From the NCBI GenBank assembly GCA_002269645.1, contig NIVC01000716.1, positions 331,426 through 395,425 on the forward strand: a stretch of DNA of 64,000 bases, in the 5' to 3' direction. The DNA comes from Macrostomum lignano (Eukaryota). Positions within the stretch are counted from its first letter, which is position 1, and the number at the start of each line of letters is the position of its first letter. Shown piece after piece: positions 9,803 to 19,463 of the stretch. A program made the position numbers and the translations under genes. The notes under the pieces were generated by a model, which was not told the origin of the DNA, did not search any database, and saw only the letters and a program-made list of their open reading frames with translations.

Positions 9803-10495
9803 TTAAAGAACTTTCTCGAGTTCATTTCTCAGCTGACTCATGTCATCAGTACCGACCATGTTCAAGTTCATTCGAATTGATTGTTCATAAAGATCCTGAA
9901 TGGTTTTGAACTCATCCTCTGAAATGAACTTATCCTCTATTGCCCTTGAAATGTACCCTATGATTGATGTGTGCACCCCTTTCTCTTTTACTTGCTTCTC
10001 CTGTAGCTGCTTTAGCTTTTTTCGCCTGTTTCGCGCTAATGCTCCAGTAATTGCTGAAATAAGTCCACATGCAGCACCCACAGAGCCGAGAGGGATTGCG
10101 ATTGGGGCTGTGATGACTGGCAACGTTGAGACAGCTGCAGCAGATCCAGATAGAACAGACACAGATCCTAGAATCATATTTAAATAAAGGTAAATATCAA
10201 CATGAAGTATTATTTGAGTATTGCTGAATCATATTGCTGTAGAATCATATTGCTGTAGAATCATATTGCTGTAGTCAAAAAATTTACAGTGGCTGTCATA
10301 GCGCTTAATTTTCTTTGTGTTGTGGAAAATATTTTTTTCAAGATCATCGCGCATTTTTTGAATCTCCACCAGTCGAAACTGTTGAGAGTTACAAGTAATA
10401 ACAGGGTAGAGTTTTTGTTGCTCATATTGGGGTGCACTAGGTGCACTAGGTGTTGTGGGAGCGTTCGGATCATAAAGAGAATTTTGAGCATCCAT
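9803..10495 (-). pseudogene. Membrane protein with N-terminal PSAP and LYPVI motifs, disrupted
   Basis: ORFs 10229-10495 and 9803-10177 together match 46344-47053. It is broken by a triplicated 16-mer (aatcatattgctgtag) and a short AT-rich insert. Confidence 0.8.
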
Positions 10496-10526
10496 TTTTT
10501 AGGGAATTTTTTAAAAAAATCGGCAA

Positions 10527-10965
10527 CTAGTTGGTGGTGGTTAGATTTGTTTTACGGTTGATTGCTTCGTCTGCAGTGACGGCAACAGGTCTCTGAATCT
10601 GCCTATTCATTATCTGTGAGCTCCATTCTACGCATGATCTCAAACAAGTCGGTTGGATCACTTGTTTCCCTTGTGGTCTGTGGTGCCTCTTCAGCGTCAA
10701 TGTTTTTGAGATTATGCAAGCGTTCAAGACGACCGATTCTTCTCACCGATTTCTGCCATTCGGTAAAAACTAAATCTACAAAGACTTTATTTGCAGTAAT
10801 TATTACTTTGATTTGATCATGCAACGCTGTTGACTGAGTCATGAACTCTTCTAAATTCCTCACTTTACCTGTGTTGGTTGCGACGTTTTCTTTAATTCTA
10901 TCATGCAACGCTGTTGACCGAGTCATGAACTCTTCTAAATTATTTACTTTAGCTGTGTTTGTGAA
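10527..10965 (-). pseudogene. 5'-truncated paralog of the coiled-coil gene, specific to Polinton 1
   Basis: FTNTAKVNNLEEFMTRSTALHDRIK... matches the C-terminal half of 11001-11735; the segment is absent from Polinton 2. Confidence 0.7.
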
Positions 10966-11000
10966 AAAAATCCCTAGAAAAAAATAAAAAAATTATAAAA

Positions 11001-11735
11001 CTACCCAGTTGAAAGATCTGTTTTCTTTTTGATAATTTCATCTGCAGAAATGACCGGACGAGCAGCAGATTCTGCTTCATCAATAGCAATGTCACGAAGA
11101 TTGAGTGTTCTCTCCAGACGATTAAGCCTCCTTATTATTTTACCCCAAGAGCTATACATTCCGTTTAGATAGCTACTGTGTGATACATCGTTTCTCTTTA
11201 GTGCTTCAAGTTTTTCTTTAATTCTATCATGCAACGCTGTTGACTGGTTCATGAACTCTTCTAAATTCCTCACTTTAACTGTGTTGGTTGCGACGTTTTC
11301 TTTAATTCTATCATGCAATGCTGTTGACTGGTTCATGAACTCTTCTAAATTATTGACTTTAGCTGTGTTTGTGAAAACTCCTCCTTCAAGAATACGCATC
11401 CGTCTATCAATGGAATTTCCCAGAAGATTAACTGATGATCTCAAGCCGTTGATTAGCGAGACTATCGAAGTTATTTCTGACCTTAGTTCATTAGTTGCGT
11501 TTAACAACGGCACATAAAGCTTATCACTTTCAAACTTCTGTCTAGCTACTTTAAGCCTGAGATCTTCCATGTTTATTTGCAACTGGTGCATGGAGCGCTC
11601 TAGGGTTTTCAGTCTGTTTTTATTCAGTTTGATATCTGGGATCTCCTCATCAGTGTTAATGTAGCGCTTATCAAGGAAGGAAGTTGTGAGAGTGCTGTTG
11701 CTTGTAGTTGACTCACCTGCAAAATTAATAGACAT
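11001..11735 (-). CDS. Coiled-coil protein with an internal 29-aa (87-bp) duplication
   Basis: Intact 244-aa ORF with NLEEFMNQSTALHDRIKE twice; ortholog at 53818-54504. Confidence 0.8.
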   Translation of the reverse strand: MSINFAGESTTSNSTLTTSFLDKRYINTDEEIPDIKLNKNRLKTLERSMHQLQINMEDLRLKVARQKFESDKLYVPLLNATNELRSEITSIVSLINGLRSSVNLLGNSIDRRMRILEGGVFTNTAKVNNLEEFMNQSTALHDRIKENVATNTVKVRNLEEFMNQSTALHDRIKEKLEALKRNDVSHSSYLNGMYSSWGKIIRRLNRLERTLNLRDIAIDEAESAARPVISADEIIKKKTDLSTG

Positions 11736-12552
11736 TTTTTAAATGAAAAATTAAAGGTAAAATTCTTTTCTCCTTATTAATCATGACAAACTGATAAGGT
11801 TGGTTCCACTTTTCATAGCATATGTTAACAAATTCCTCCTGTGATATTGTTCTGTTAGAGTTCTTAGCTGGATATGTAATGTGAGCTGGGGCAATTACCT
11901 CATTATAAAATCGTTTCAGTCGATCCTGTGGTATGGTTGGGAAAAGGAGAATCAAATTACAGTTACCTCTAATTGTTTTATTTAGCAGTTCAAACCAGTT
12001 TTGGGCAATGTAAATAACATTGCAATTATTATGTCTACCCCGGGTGAAATAATTTTCTATCTGTTTCTGGGGACCGGTCATGCAGTCATCGAAGACAATC
12101 AGGTGCTTTCTCCCCTTTTCTAGTTCATCAGGTTGAGGTAAGAGTTTAGTTTTAGGATCTATCTGTGGATCTCCATAAGTGAAAACTTTAATGTTTTGCC
12201 ATTTTTCATTGTCTGGGATGTGCTTTGCGTATTCAGTGGCTACAACTTCCGGGTTGCTGTTGAGGTCTTTTTGATGTCTAAAACATTGAATAATATCTTC
12301 CTTGTTGAGTTTGTTCTGTAGGCCCGCTACTAGCATTTTATACTCATCTTGATACAGAGTGGGTGAATAGATATGTAGTGTGTCATAATCGAGGAATCCA
12401 GGTCTGAGGAGCATGTTAAAAACTCTGAAGGTTTTCCCTGACCCAGATGAGCCAACAACAATGCATCGGAAGTGCCCTGGAATTATCTCGTTGTGAGCAA
12501 ATTTTATCTGATTGCGTGTCCAGTGGGGATGAAAGTCGTTTGTGAAGTCCAT
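11725..12552 (-). CDS. A32/FtsK-like genome packaging ATPase
   Basis: Walker A GSSGSGKT, Walker B LIVFDDC, and TRGRH motif; intact 275 aa. Confidence 0.93.
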   Translation of the reverse strand: MDFTNDFHPHWTRNQIKFAHNEIIPGHFRCIVVGSSGSGKTFRVFNMLLRPGFLDYDTLHIYSPTLYQDEYKMLVAGLQNKLNKEDIIQCFRHQKDLNSNPEVVATEYAKHIPDNEKWQNIKVFTYGDPQIDPKTKLLPQPDELEKGRKHLIVFDDCMTGPQKQIENYFTRGRHNNCNVIYIAQNWFELLNKTIRGNCNLILLFPTIPQDRLKRFYNEVIAPAHITYPAKNSNRTISQEEFVNICYEKWNQPYQFVMINKEKRILPLIFHLKNVY

Positions 12553-12699
12553 TTTTTATGTAAAAAACTTTTTCTTTTTAAACTTGTGTATTTAAGACGC
12601 GTGTGTCTTTTTTCGGGTTGTGTGTGTCTTTTTTCGACTAGTCCTACATCCGACTAGTCCTACACCCTCACACCTCTTTTACCGTCAGGGTGCACCAAA

Positions 12700-13079
12700 T
12701 TAGTCAAATTTAAAACCGCCTCCTTTCTTATATTCAGCTCTCATCTTTGCGTAGATGGCTGGATCGACACTATCTGCACTCGGTGCAAGGGGTTGAATAT
12801 CTGGTATTGATTTCCGGGTTTCATTAACCGTATCTTTAATCTTTTTGGCTGCTGTGGCTACACTGCCAGCCGCTTCGGCAACGTTCTTGATGTTCTCTTT
12901 GTTCTCTCCAATGACCTTAAAAATCTTGGCCCCTGAGCGATCAAATCGGCAAGGCCATTCCCAGAGCGTTCTTTTCTTGGATAGTGGCCTGCAGGGAAAA
13001 GTCCAGATCCACGTTTAATGAGATTAAGTTCCTCTTTGTCATAGTATTTGTCAATGTCTTTTTCGAAAATAATTGGCAT
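12700..13079 (-). pseudogene. Amphipathic-helix core protein (pVI/cupiennin-like), one frameshift
   Basis: MPIIFEK...RGSGL...SGNGLADLIAQG, then a shifted frame ending KKGGGFKFD*; ortholog at 55516-55923. Confidence 0.65.
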
Positions 13080-13095
13080 CTTTTTAAATAGAAAT

Positions 13096-14309
13096 TTATT
13101 TTTTGTTGAACCGCGAAAGCAGAAGCTCTCTCGCCCTCTTATCGATGTATTTTCTCTCAAGCATTTCATTGAGGATGTTGACAAATTCTTTTCTATTCTC
13201 GTCTTTCATTCCGGTCTTTGCCGCTCCTAGAAGAACAGCTAACCGCTTGTAGAATTCAGGCATGCCTTTTCCGGAAGAGCTTGGAGGTGATTCGAATGAT
13301 TGGTCAGAGGAGGAACTGTCATGTGGCGCTTGTCTTTGCTGAGGTGTGAATACTCTGTCATTGATTCGCTTCATTCGTTCTGGGGAGAGCCGCTCTAATT
13401 GTCGCCATTCATCTGGGCGCTGGTTTCTGTACTGGGAAATCTCATTTAACCCTGCTTTTTCAAGCGCTTCTAGTACTTGTTCGGGTGTGATTTGTTGCTG
13501 TGGCGGTGGAGGTTGTTGTGGTTGTGGTTGTGTTTGTGGTTGCTGCTGTTGTGGTTGTTGTAGTTGTTGTTTTGGTTGCTGCTGTTGTGGTTGCTGCTGT
13601 TGTGGCTGTGGTTGTTGTGGTTGTTGTCTTATGACCTCTTCTTGATCTGGCAAACCAAACCATTGTTGAAAGTATTTGTATTTTTTAAACCTGTTCAAGA
13701 CAATCCCGTTTTCATGTGAAATTTTCAAAACACCGTCGTTCTTGAGCATATCTATATCCCTCTCTAAAGCGAAGGTAACAAGATCTTTGTAATTTTCGAA
13801 CTGCTTTTTAGACGTTTTCTCTAGATTTTTAGTCATGTAGTCGAGTAAACTTTGAGTGAAGGGGATTCGTTTAGTTTCTGCGCCTTTATTGATTAAAATA
13901 TTTCCTTTGTCACTTCAATGTTGTAATCCGCCGGTTCCCCGGTAATATTTTTTCGCCAGGCGCTAATTCCAAAAATATATTTTCCATCATCCAATACGGG
14001 GCCAAAAAAGTTATCCGTCACTTTCATCTGCACTGGTTGTCCTGGTTCCTGAGCCTGTGGTTGTCCCGGTGAAGATGGTATTTTACCCAATGTGTTTTGC
14101 AAGTGGCTCTCTTGAATATCATCAACTGCTTCCTTCACAGTGTCGAGGTTTTTCTTCGCTTCTGTGTATCCGGGTTTGTGAAATTCAGTGGCTGCTTGGA
14201 CGAATTCATTGTAGGATTGTTGTTCCTTATTTATTAGCCCGGTAACTCGTTTCTCTGCTTTTGCTAGCTTCTCCAATTCAGATATCTGCTGTGTACTTTT
14301 TCGCTTCAT
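13096..14309 (-). pseudogene. Q-rich Polinton protein, frameshift near 13890
   Basis: ORFs 13893-14309 and 13096-13836 equal the single 418-aa ORF at 55907-57163. The C-terminal RLAVLLGAAKTG...EFVNIL..ML segment resembles a motif common in Mavericks. Confidence 0.78.
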
Positions 14310-14339
14310 TTCTTATTTTATTTTATTTTTAGTTAAAAA

Positions 14340-15623
14340 ATGAACGACCCACTGACACCAGTTTTCTACAAAATTAACAAGCCTATTTTGAGTGATGATA
14401 GCACAACCAAAGCGCCTCAGGTAAGAATTCCCAGTCAGGAAAATCAGAATGAAACTAATCTTGGTCCTGGCCAAACACTGACATTCACATACAATGGATG
14501 TTCGTCTTTGGTTAGTGTGCACAGTTTTAAGAGCGGCTTCCATATGACATTTCAATTCAAGACAAAAGGTGGTGCGGATGCGGCTCGTGCTAACGTTGAC
14601 AAGCATGATGCGGATGTGGCTCTGATTAGTAACTTTTGGGCGTACATGTTCAAGGAGTTTTGTGTATCGAATGGGAGCACTGAGTTGGAGCGAATCGCCA
14701 ACTTTGGAATTGTCTATGACGCTCATTGTTTGATCGAGAATCCTGATTTTATTCAATTGGGAAGTGGTGCGGGTTTTATTGCAGATGAAAAAGAATGAGA
14801 TATCAATGACAGTGGCTATAAAAATAGGAAGAAGAGATACAACTATGCATTGCAAGGTGCTGATGATGCTGCTAAAACCCGCTGTATCGGTCTGTTGATG
14901 TATTTGTACCACTGAGATTCATGAGTGGATTCTGTAATACATTTAATCGACTGACTAGCAACTTTAGCTACACATTTAGACTGACTAGAGATGATCGCAG
15001 TAGAGTGTTGTGGACTGGGGCGGACCACACTGGGATGGCTGTGAAGCTAACCGGAATCGAGCTGTATTTGGAAGTCATTGAGCCGAAGACCGCACTAAAA
15101 GCGGACTATCTTAAGGCAATAGAGAAGGACATTGATGTTGCATACACGGCCTACATGTGTCGAGATGAGCGAAACGAAACTAGAACAAACATCTGCATTA
15201 AAGAGGGATCATGCAGCAATCCAAGGTATATCATTATTAATGAGAAACCCAAATAGCATTATACGCTACATGCATGGAGACGTGCGGTCCATTCAGCATG
15301 AAATCAGTGATAATCTTTACCCTGCACTGCCACAAAATGGAGATTTCAGTCAGAACAAGATTAGCAAATTTTACAGCGAGTTGGTCGACTTGGCTGTGAA
15401 AGAGAACAATGGAATTGCTATCACTGCTCTTCAATATGGAACTCTATATCCGATGTTTGGCGCTGATGTGTCTGCCAGACAAATGCCTACTGATAACAGC
15501 CCTGTGAATATCGTGACTAACATTGAGAGGACTACCGCAACACCCGTGGACCTGTACATTATCTATGCATTTGAGAGGAAGGTGAAGCTTAACATGATCA
15601 ACAATTCATCCAGTAAAGTTTAA
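14340..15623 (+). pseudogene. Major capsid protein (probable double jelly-roll), nonsense codon at 14796 and a frameshift
   Basis: Colinear with the intact 428-aa ORF at 57194-58480; size and position beside the minor capsid gene fit the MCP. Confidence 0.8.
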
Positions 15624-15646
15624 ATATTTTTTTTGTGGGTGAAAAA

Positions 15647-16510
15647 ATGGAAGCGATTGCTGAAAGACTAAACAACATTGTTTCACACTCTAAGGAGAGC
15701 ATTCCTGTTACAATAACTGGGCGAATTAATGACTCAAACGGGATATTTGTTGAAAAATTAGAGCAGGCGATTCGCCTGGATCCAGGTGCTAATTACCATG
15801 TCTATCTTAACGACTTCACTGGTTGGTCAAACGTTCCCAATGTGATAGCAGCAAATAATAAGTTTTATTACAAATGGAAAGGTGCAGCAGCAGACCCTGT
15901 GGTATTCCATGTGAGCACGCAAAGTGTGGATACCTACAATAACTTCCTAGAAAATGTCTTTACTAAGAGAGGCCATTTTGAGACACCTGATGCGAGTAAG
16001 CCAGAGAAGAAACTGTTCCCTGTCAAACTAACCTATGATCTCACTGTAATGAGAGTGGTCATGCAAGTTCACAAAGATGCGGAGGTTGAGTTTAAAGATG
16101 ACACTTGGTATAGGGAACTGGGATTCGAGAAGAAAGTTTATAAGGCAGAATCCGCGGCGCGGACCGCCACTCAAGCATCGGGGACCGTTAAAATGGCCCG
16201 GGAAAATGTAAGCGGTTTGTTCTTAGCACCCAATATTGCAGACATTGTAAAGGGTTTAAATATTCTAATCAGAAGCAATCTCAGTCTTGATTGGGTATTT
16301 AAGGGAAAGCGAACGAATATTTTGTACAATATCTCCAACTCTGTAGCTGGAGGACAGATGGTGGTAGAGAAACCAAATCCAGTGAAAAGAGTTGTATTGA
16401 GTAATAAGGAGATTCACGAGATTGTGCTACAGTTTGAGACTGAAGATGGGGTAGGTGTTGATTTCAACGGTGAAGAGTTTGTATTGACGTTAATCATTGA
16501 GAGAATGTAA
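15647..16510 (+). CDS. Minor capsid protein (penton-like)
   Basis: Intact ~287 aa; LEQAIRLD..NYHVYL.DF and C-terminal EIVLQFETEDG.GVDFNGEEF pattern typical of Polinton mCP; directly follows the MCP. Confidence 0.8.
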   Translation: MEAIAERLNNIVSHSKESIPVTITGRINDSNGIFVEKLEQAIRLDPGANYHVYLNDFTGWSNVPNVIAANNKFYYKWKGAAADPVVFHVSTQSVDTYNNFLENVFTKRGHFETPDASKPEKKLFPVKLTYDLTVMRVVMQVHKDAEVEFKDDTWYRELGFEKKVYKAESAARTATQASGTVKMARENVSGLFLAPNIADIVKGLNILIRSNLSLDWVFKGKRTNILYNISNSVAGGQMVVEKPNPVKRVVLSNKEIHEIVLQFETEDGVGVDFNGEEFVLTLIIERM

Positions 16511-16514
16511 GAAA

Positions 16515-16751
16515 TCACAATTGCTTAATGATTTCTGCAAAGTTATAATAGCTGTCGTAATCGTTAATGACTACTCCATACTTATGAAACCAGTGTCTTT
16601 GAAGAGCTAGATTAATATTAGGGACATTGATATCAACGTTGGGCCAATATTTTCTCATGTACTCGCTGCATTCCTTCTTGCATTGGTACTTGCTCTTGTA
16701 ATTAGGCTCGTGCGCTTTGTAATAAGAACCTGGAGAGATGATTGGAAGCAT
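16515..16751 (-). CDS. Conserved 78-aa subterminal protein of unknown function
   Basis: Clear orthologs at 37813-38055 and 59905-60147 with the frame retained despite nucleotide divergence. Confidence 0.7.
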   Translation of the reverse strand: MLPIISPGSYYKAHEPNYKSKYQCKKECSEYMRKYWPNVDINVPNINLALQRHWFHKYGVVINDYDSYYNFAEIIKQL

Positions 16752-16786
16752 TTTTATTGAAAATTTAATTTTTTTCGGAGGATGAG

Positions 16787-17134
16787 CACCCTGCGCTGAT
16801 AATTTAAAGTTTTTGGGATCTGGTTTCGCCGCTTCGGATTGAATGTGGGGAGAAGAATGCAGATTTTTTTCTGATTGTTTCGAAGATGCTATGGGTGGAT
16901 GTCAGTGGATTATGCTCAGAGCATAAACCCTCAGAGCATAACAGTAGGACACCTGTTATGCTCTGATTCTGTCGGGGATAATATGGATGGATTTAATGGG
17001 ATTATGGAGGATGTTTTGTGAGCGAGTGCGACCCCCCTTTTTTCTGATTCTGTCGGGGATAATATAGATGGATTTAATGGGATTATGGAGGATGTGAAAA
17101 ATTTTGTCCCAAAAGCCCCCTCATGCCTTCTACT
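16787..17134 (-). repeat. Right TIR of Polinton 1
   Basis: Ends ...ctcatgccttctact; inverse of 964-1310. Confidence 0.93.
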
Positions 17135-17681
17135 CACCATCGACATAATAGAAACCTGGTGGAGCAAATACTAAGGCGGGAATATCAAAACCCACACTTT
17201 GTTGAATCGTTACTTTTAATCTATCTACCTTGTTAAAGTAAAAGTGATGACCCTTGTTTGTCTGAACAATCCAATCACAATGAGTCATACACAGTTCATT
17301 CAACCCAGGGCATAGGTCAGCATTATCAATATCGATTACGGTTATATTTGAGTTTCTAGTATCTATCCAAATAATGTTGTCTACATCTGGTCGAAATGGT
17401 GGTGAGGTTGAATTCCTATCTGCTTTGGTTGGCATTCCTGACGGTATTTTTTTCTTTGTTTTACTATTCCATGTTACACTGCAACTTCCGAATTTAAAAT
17501 TGCGTTCTCCATAGAGATTAATTAGTTTATCGTACGATTTTGTTTGTTTTAAATTTGTCAATCTTAGTGGTGGGGCATCATGGTTTTGAAGCGGATCCTG
17601 TACGATCACAGGAGAGAAACTTGAATCGTTTTGATTTTTTCTTTCCATTTTATTTAAAATAAATTTAACAATATAATTCAT
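17135..17681 (-). pseudogene. 5' part of D5-like primase (AEP Prim-Pol domain); includes right TSD CACCAT at 17135-17140
   Basis: VIDIDN (motif I DxD), QTNKGHHFYF (motif II) and GFDI (motif III); continues ...YVDG|EIREYKR into 957. Confidence 0.82.
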
Positions 17682-18006
17682 CAGTTTCTATGTACTTCTC
17701 AAGGGTTATGGGGAGTTTGAAAATGTTCAACTTAAGCATGACGAAAAATTCATCATTCCTTATGTGCTGTCTCGAAATCAATGCCCATTTATCAACATGT
17801 GCAAGATATACTCTGAATGAATACAAATATGGGGGGCATTTACAATCGCTGTGTTTTAATATTTCTGCTTTATATTCATCGTAAGCTTTATCAATTTCTT
17901 CAATTAGTCGAGCCTTTCGAGTGGGTGTTTTTATTTGAGAGAAATTTATAATAGAATCATAATACTTTTGTGGCAGTGCATTTCGTACATTTGGGTTAGC
18001 TTCCAT
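17665..18006 (-). CDS. 113-aa protein of unknown function, outer relic element
   Basis: Intact ORF overlapping the primase start, with the same A-run start context as the Polinton genes. Confidence 0.5.
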   Translation of the reverse strand: MEANPNVRNALPQKYYDSIINFSQIKTPTRKARLIEEIDKAYDEYKAEILKHSDCKCPPYLYSFRVYLAHVDKWALISRQHIRNDEFFVMLKLNIFKLPITLEKYIETDELYC

Positions 18007-18113
18007 TTTTCTAGGAAAATTTTTGCCATGTAGTTTTTATTTTTAGTCACAACTTATTTGGCATGCAGACAATGTCTGATTTACTACCTAAAGTAAACGA
18101 AGAGCGTTTTAAG

Positions 18114-18277
18114 GCGACAAATATCTGACAGTTTTCCGACAGTTGTCAGAAACTTGCAAAATTTTTAAAACTGTCAGAAAGGGGTAATAGATTTTGAGTA
18201 CATATAGTAAGCTCTCTTTCATGAGCGCATTTTTTCATACCACTCTATTCTCAGCAAGCATACTTAAAGGGGAACGT
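18114..18277. repeat. Polinton-family subterminal non-coding block in the outer relic
   Basis: Matches 39517-39585, 39720-39750 and the reverse complement of ~59363-59460. Confidence 0.75.
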
Positions 18278-18434
18278 CGTTTACTCAAAGGTTTTTATTT
18301 TGGGTATGCCCTTAAATGCTGTCTAAAATGTCTTATGCCAGCCGCTAATTGGTTGCCACTGCCCTGCCACTGCCCTGCCACTGCCTTGCCACTGCCCTGT
18401 GGCAGTGACAGATTTTTTCTCTCTAGAGTGAGTG

Positions 18435-18513
18435 AGTAGCAGTGTGTTATACGGGGCTGAGTCATCCAGCGGCAGCGAGCTGGCGCGCAATGCGCCCGAG
18501 CAATAAGTGTGGC
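18435..18513 (+). repeat. Degenerate partial copy of the 99-bp mini-element
   Basis: agtagcagtgtgttatacggggctgagtcatccagc...ataagtgtggc aligns to 19365-19438. Confidence 0.75.
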
Positions 18514-19364
18514 ATTGAAGTGGGTTGCAAATGCATGCTGTAGCAGCTTGGAGGGGAGTTGATGAATGGCTGTTCGCAGCTAATCTAAACCTTTAATTCT
18601 TTGCATGATGCTGGAGGGTTTTTGAGTGAGTCAGAGAGAATAGAAGACAGAGGTGATGAAGATATGGAAGAAGCCATGATTCTTAGTCATCGTGATAACA
18701 ATGCTGTCTACAATTCGAATACATTCAGTCCCACAGGGTGAAGGAGAATTTTTTTGCAATTCAGAAGTAATTCTATTGTGCAAAATCTGCATCAGAATTT
18801 ATTCATGTTTCAGCAAGCCAATAGAAATGTTGAGTGCTGCTTTTCATTGTTGCAGAGTTGACAAGTGGCAGTTTTGTTATAGCTGACTGAATATCTAAAG
18901 CATTTCCTAGAAATAATGGTTTACTGAAGGCCATTTTATATATATATATATATTACTATCGTTGAATTGGATGACACTTTCATATTGTATATACCTGAAA
19001 TTGCATTAAATTGACCCGTGAATCCAACCTTTCTCATGGTTTTAGAGCTGGAATCGTGAAAATTGCACTTTTTCAAAATATTTGAAAATTACAAAAAATC
19101 GCTGTTTTCAGACCATTTTCACCTGTTTTTAGTCATTTTCACCTGTTTTTAGTGATTTTCAAAATGAGTGAGGGCATGAGGGCGAGGGCACCCCCCTTTT
19201 TAAAAAGTATAAAAATTCCGGAAAATCTGTGTTCTGTGAAATATACCACAGGCCAATGCCCCCCACATGCCCTCACCCTCAACACCCTCACTCACAGATA
19301 TATGTATATTTATATATTTTTATATTTATCACACACACACTTGCAACTCTGACCTCCCGGTAGT

Positions 19365-19463
19365 AGTAGTAGTATGTTATAAGGGGCTGACTCATCCAGC
19401 GAGCTGGCGCGTAATGCGCCCGAGCGATAAGTGTGGCGCAGCCCCTTATAACATACTACTACT
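19365..19463. mobile_element. 99-bp MITE-like element with 25-bp perfect TIRs beginning AGTAGTAGTA
   Basis: agtagtagtatgttataaggggctg ... cagccccttataacatactactact. Confidence 0.75.

Larger units (their letters stand above)
964..17134 (+). mobile_element. Maverick/Polinton (adintovirus-like) element 1, 16171 bp
   Basis: AGTAG...CTACT termini, ~350-bp TIRs, 6-bp TSD, and pPolB, rve integrase, adenain, A32 ATPase and two capsid-like genes. Confidence 0.96.

Noticed and set aside
14313-14912. Antisense ORFs over the MCP and other genes (e.g. 57167-57460, 24484-24975, 30521-31117)
   Set aside because: Shadow frames of well-supported genes with no recognisable motifs.
19166-19292. Imperfect inverted repeat (gagtgagggc...gccctcaccctc) as a MITE
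   Set aside because: Arms are low-complexity and imperfect, there is no TSD, and only one copy is present.
19267-19463. N-terminus of the 658-aa Gypsy ORF
   Set aside because: Chance read-through across AT-rich DNA and the 99-bp mini-element; Gypsy homology begins at about 19464.
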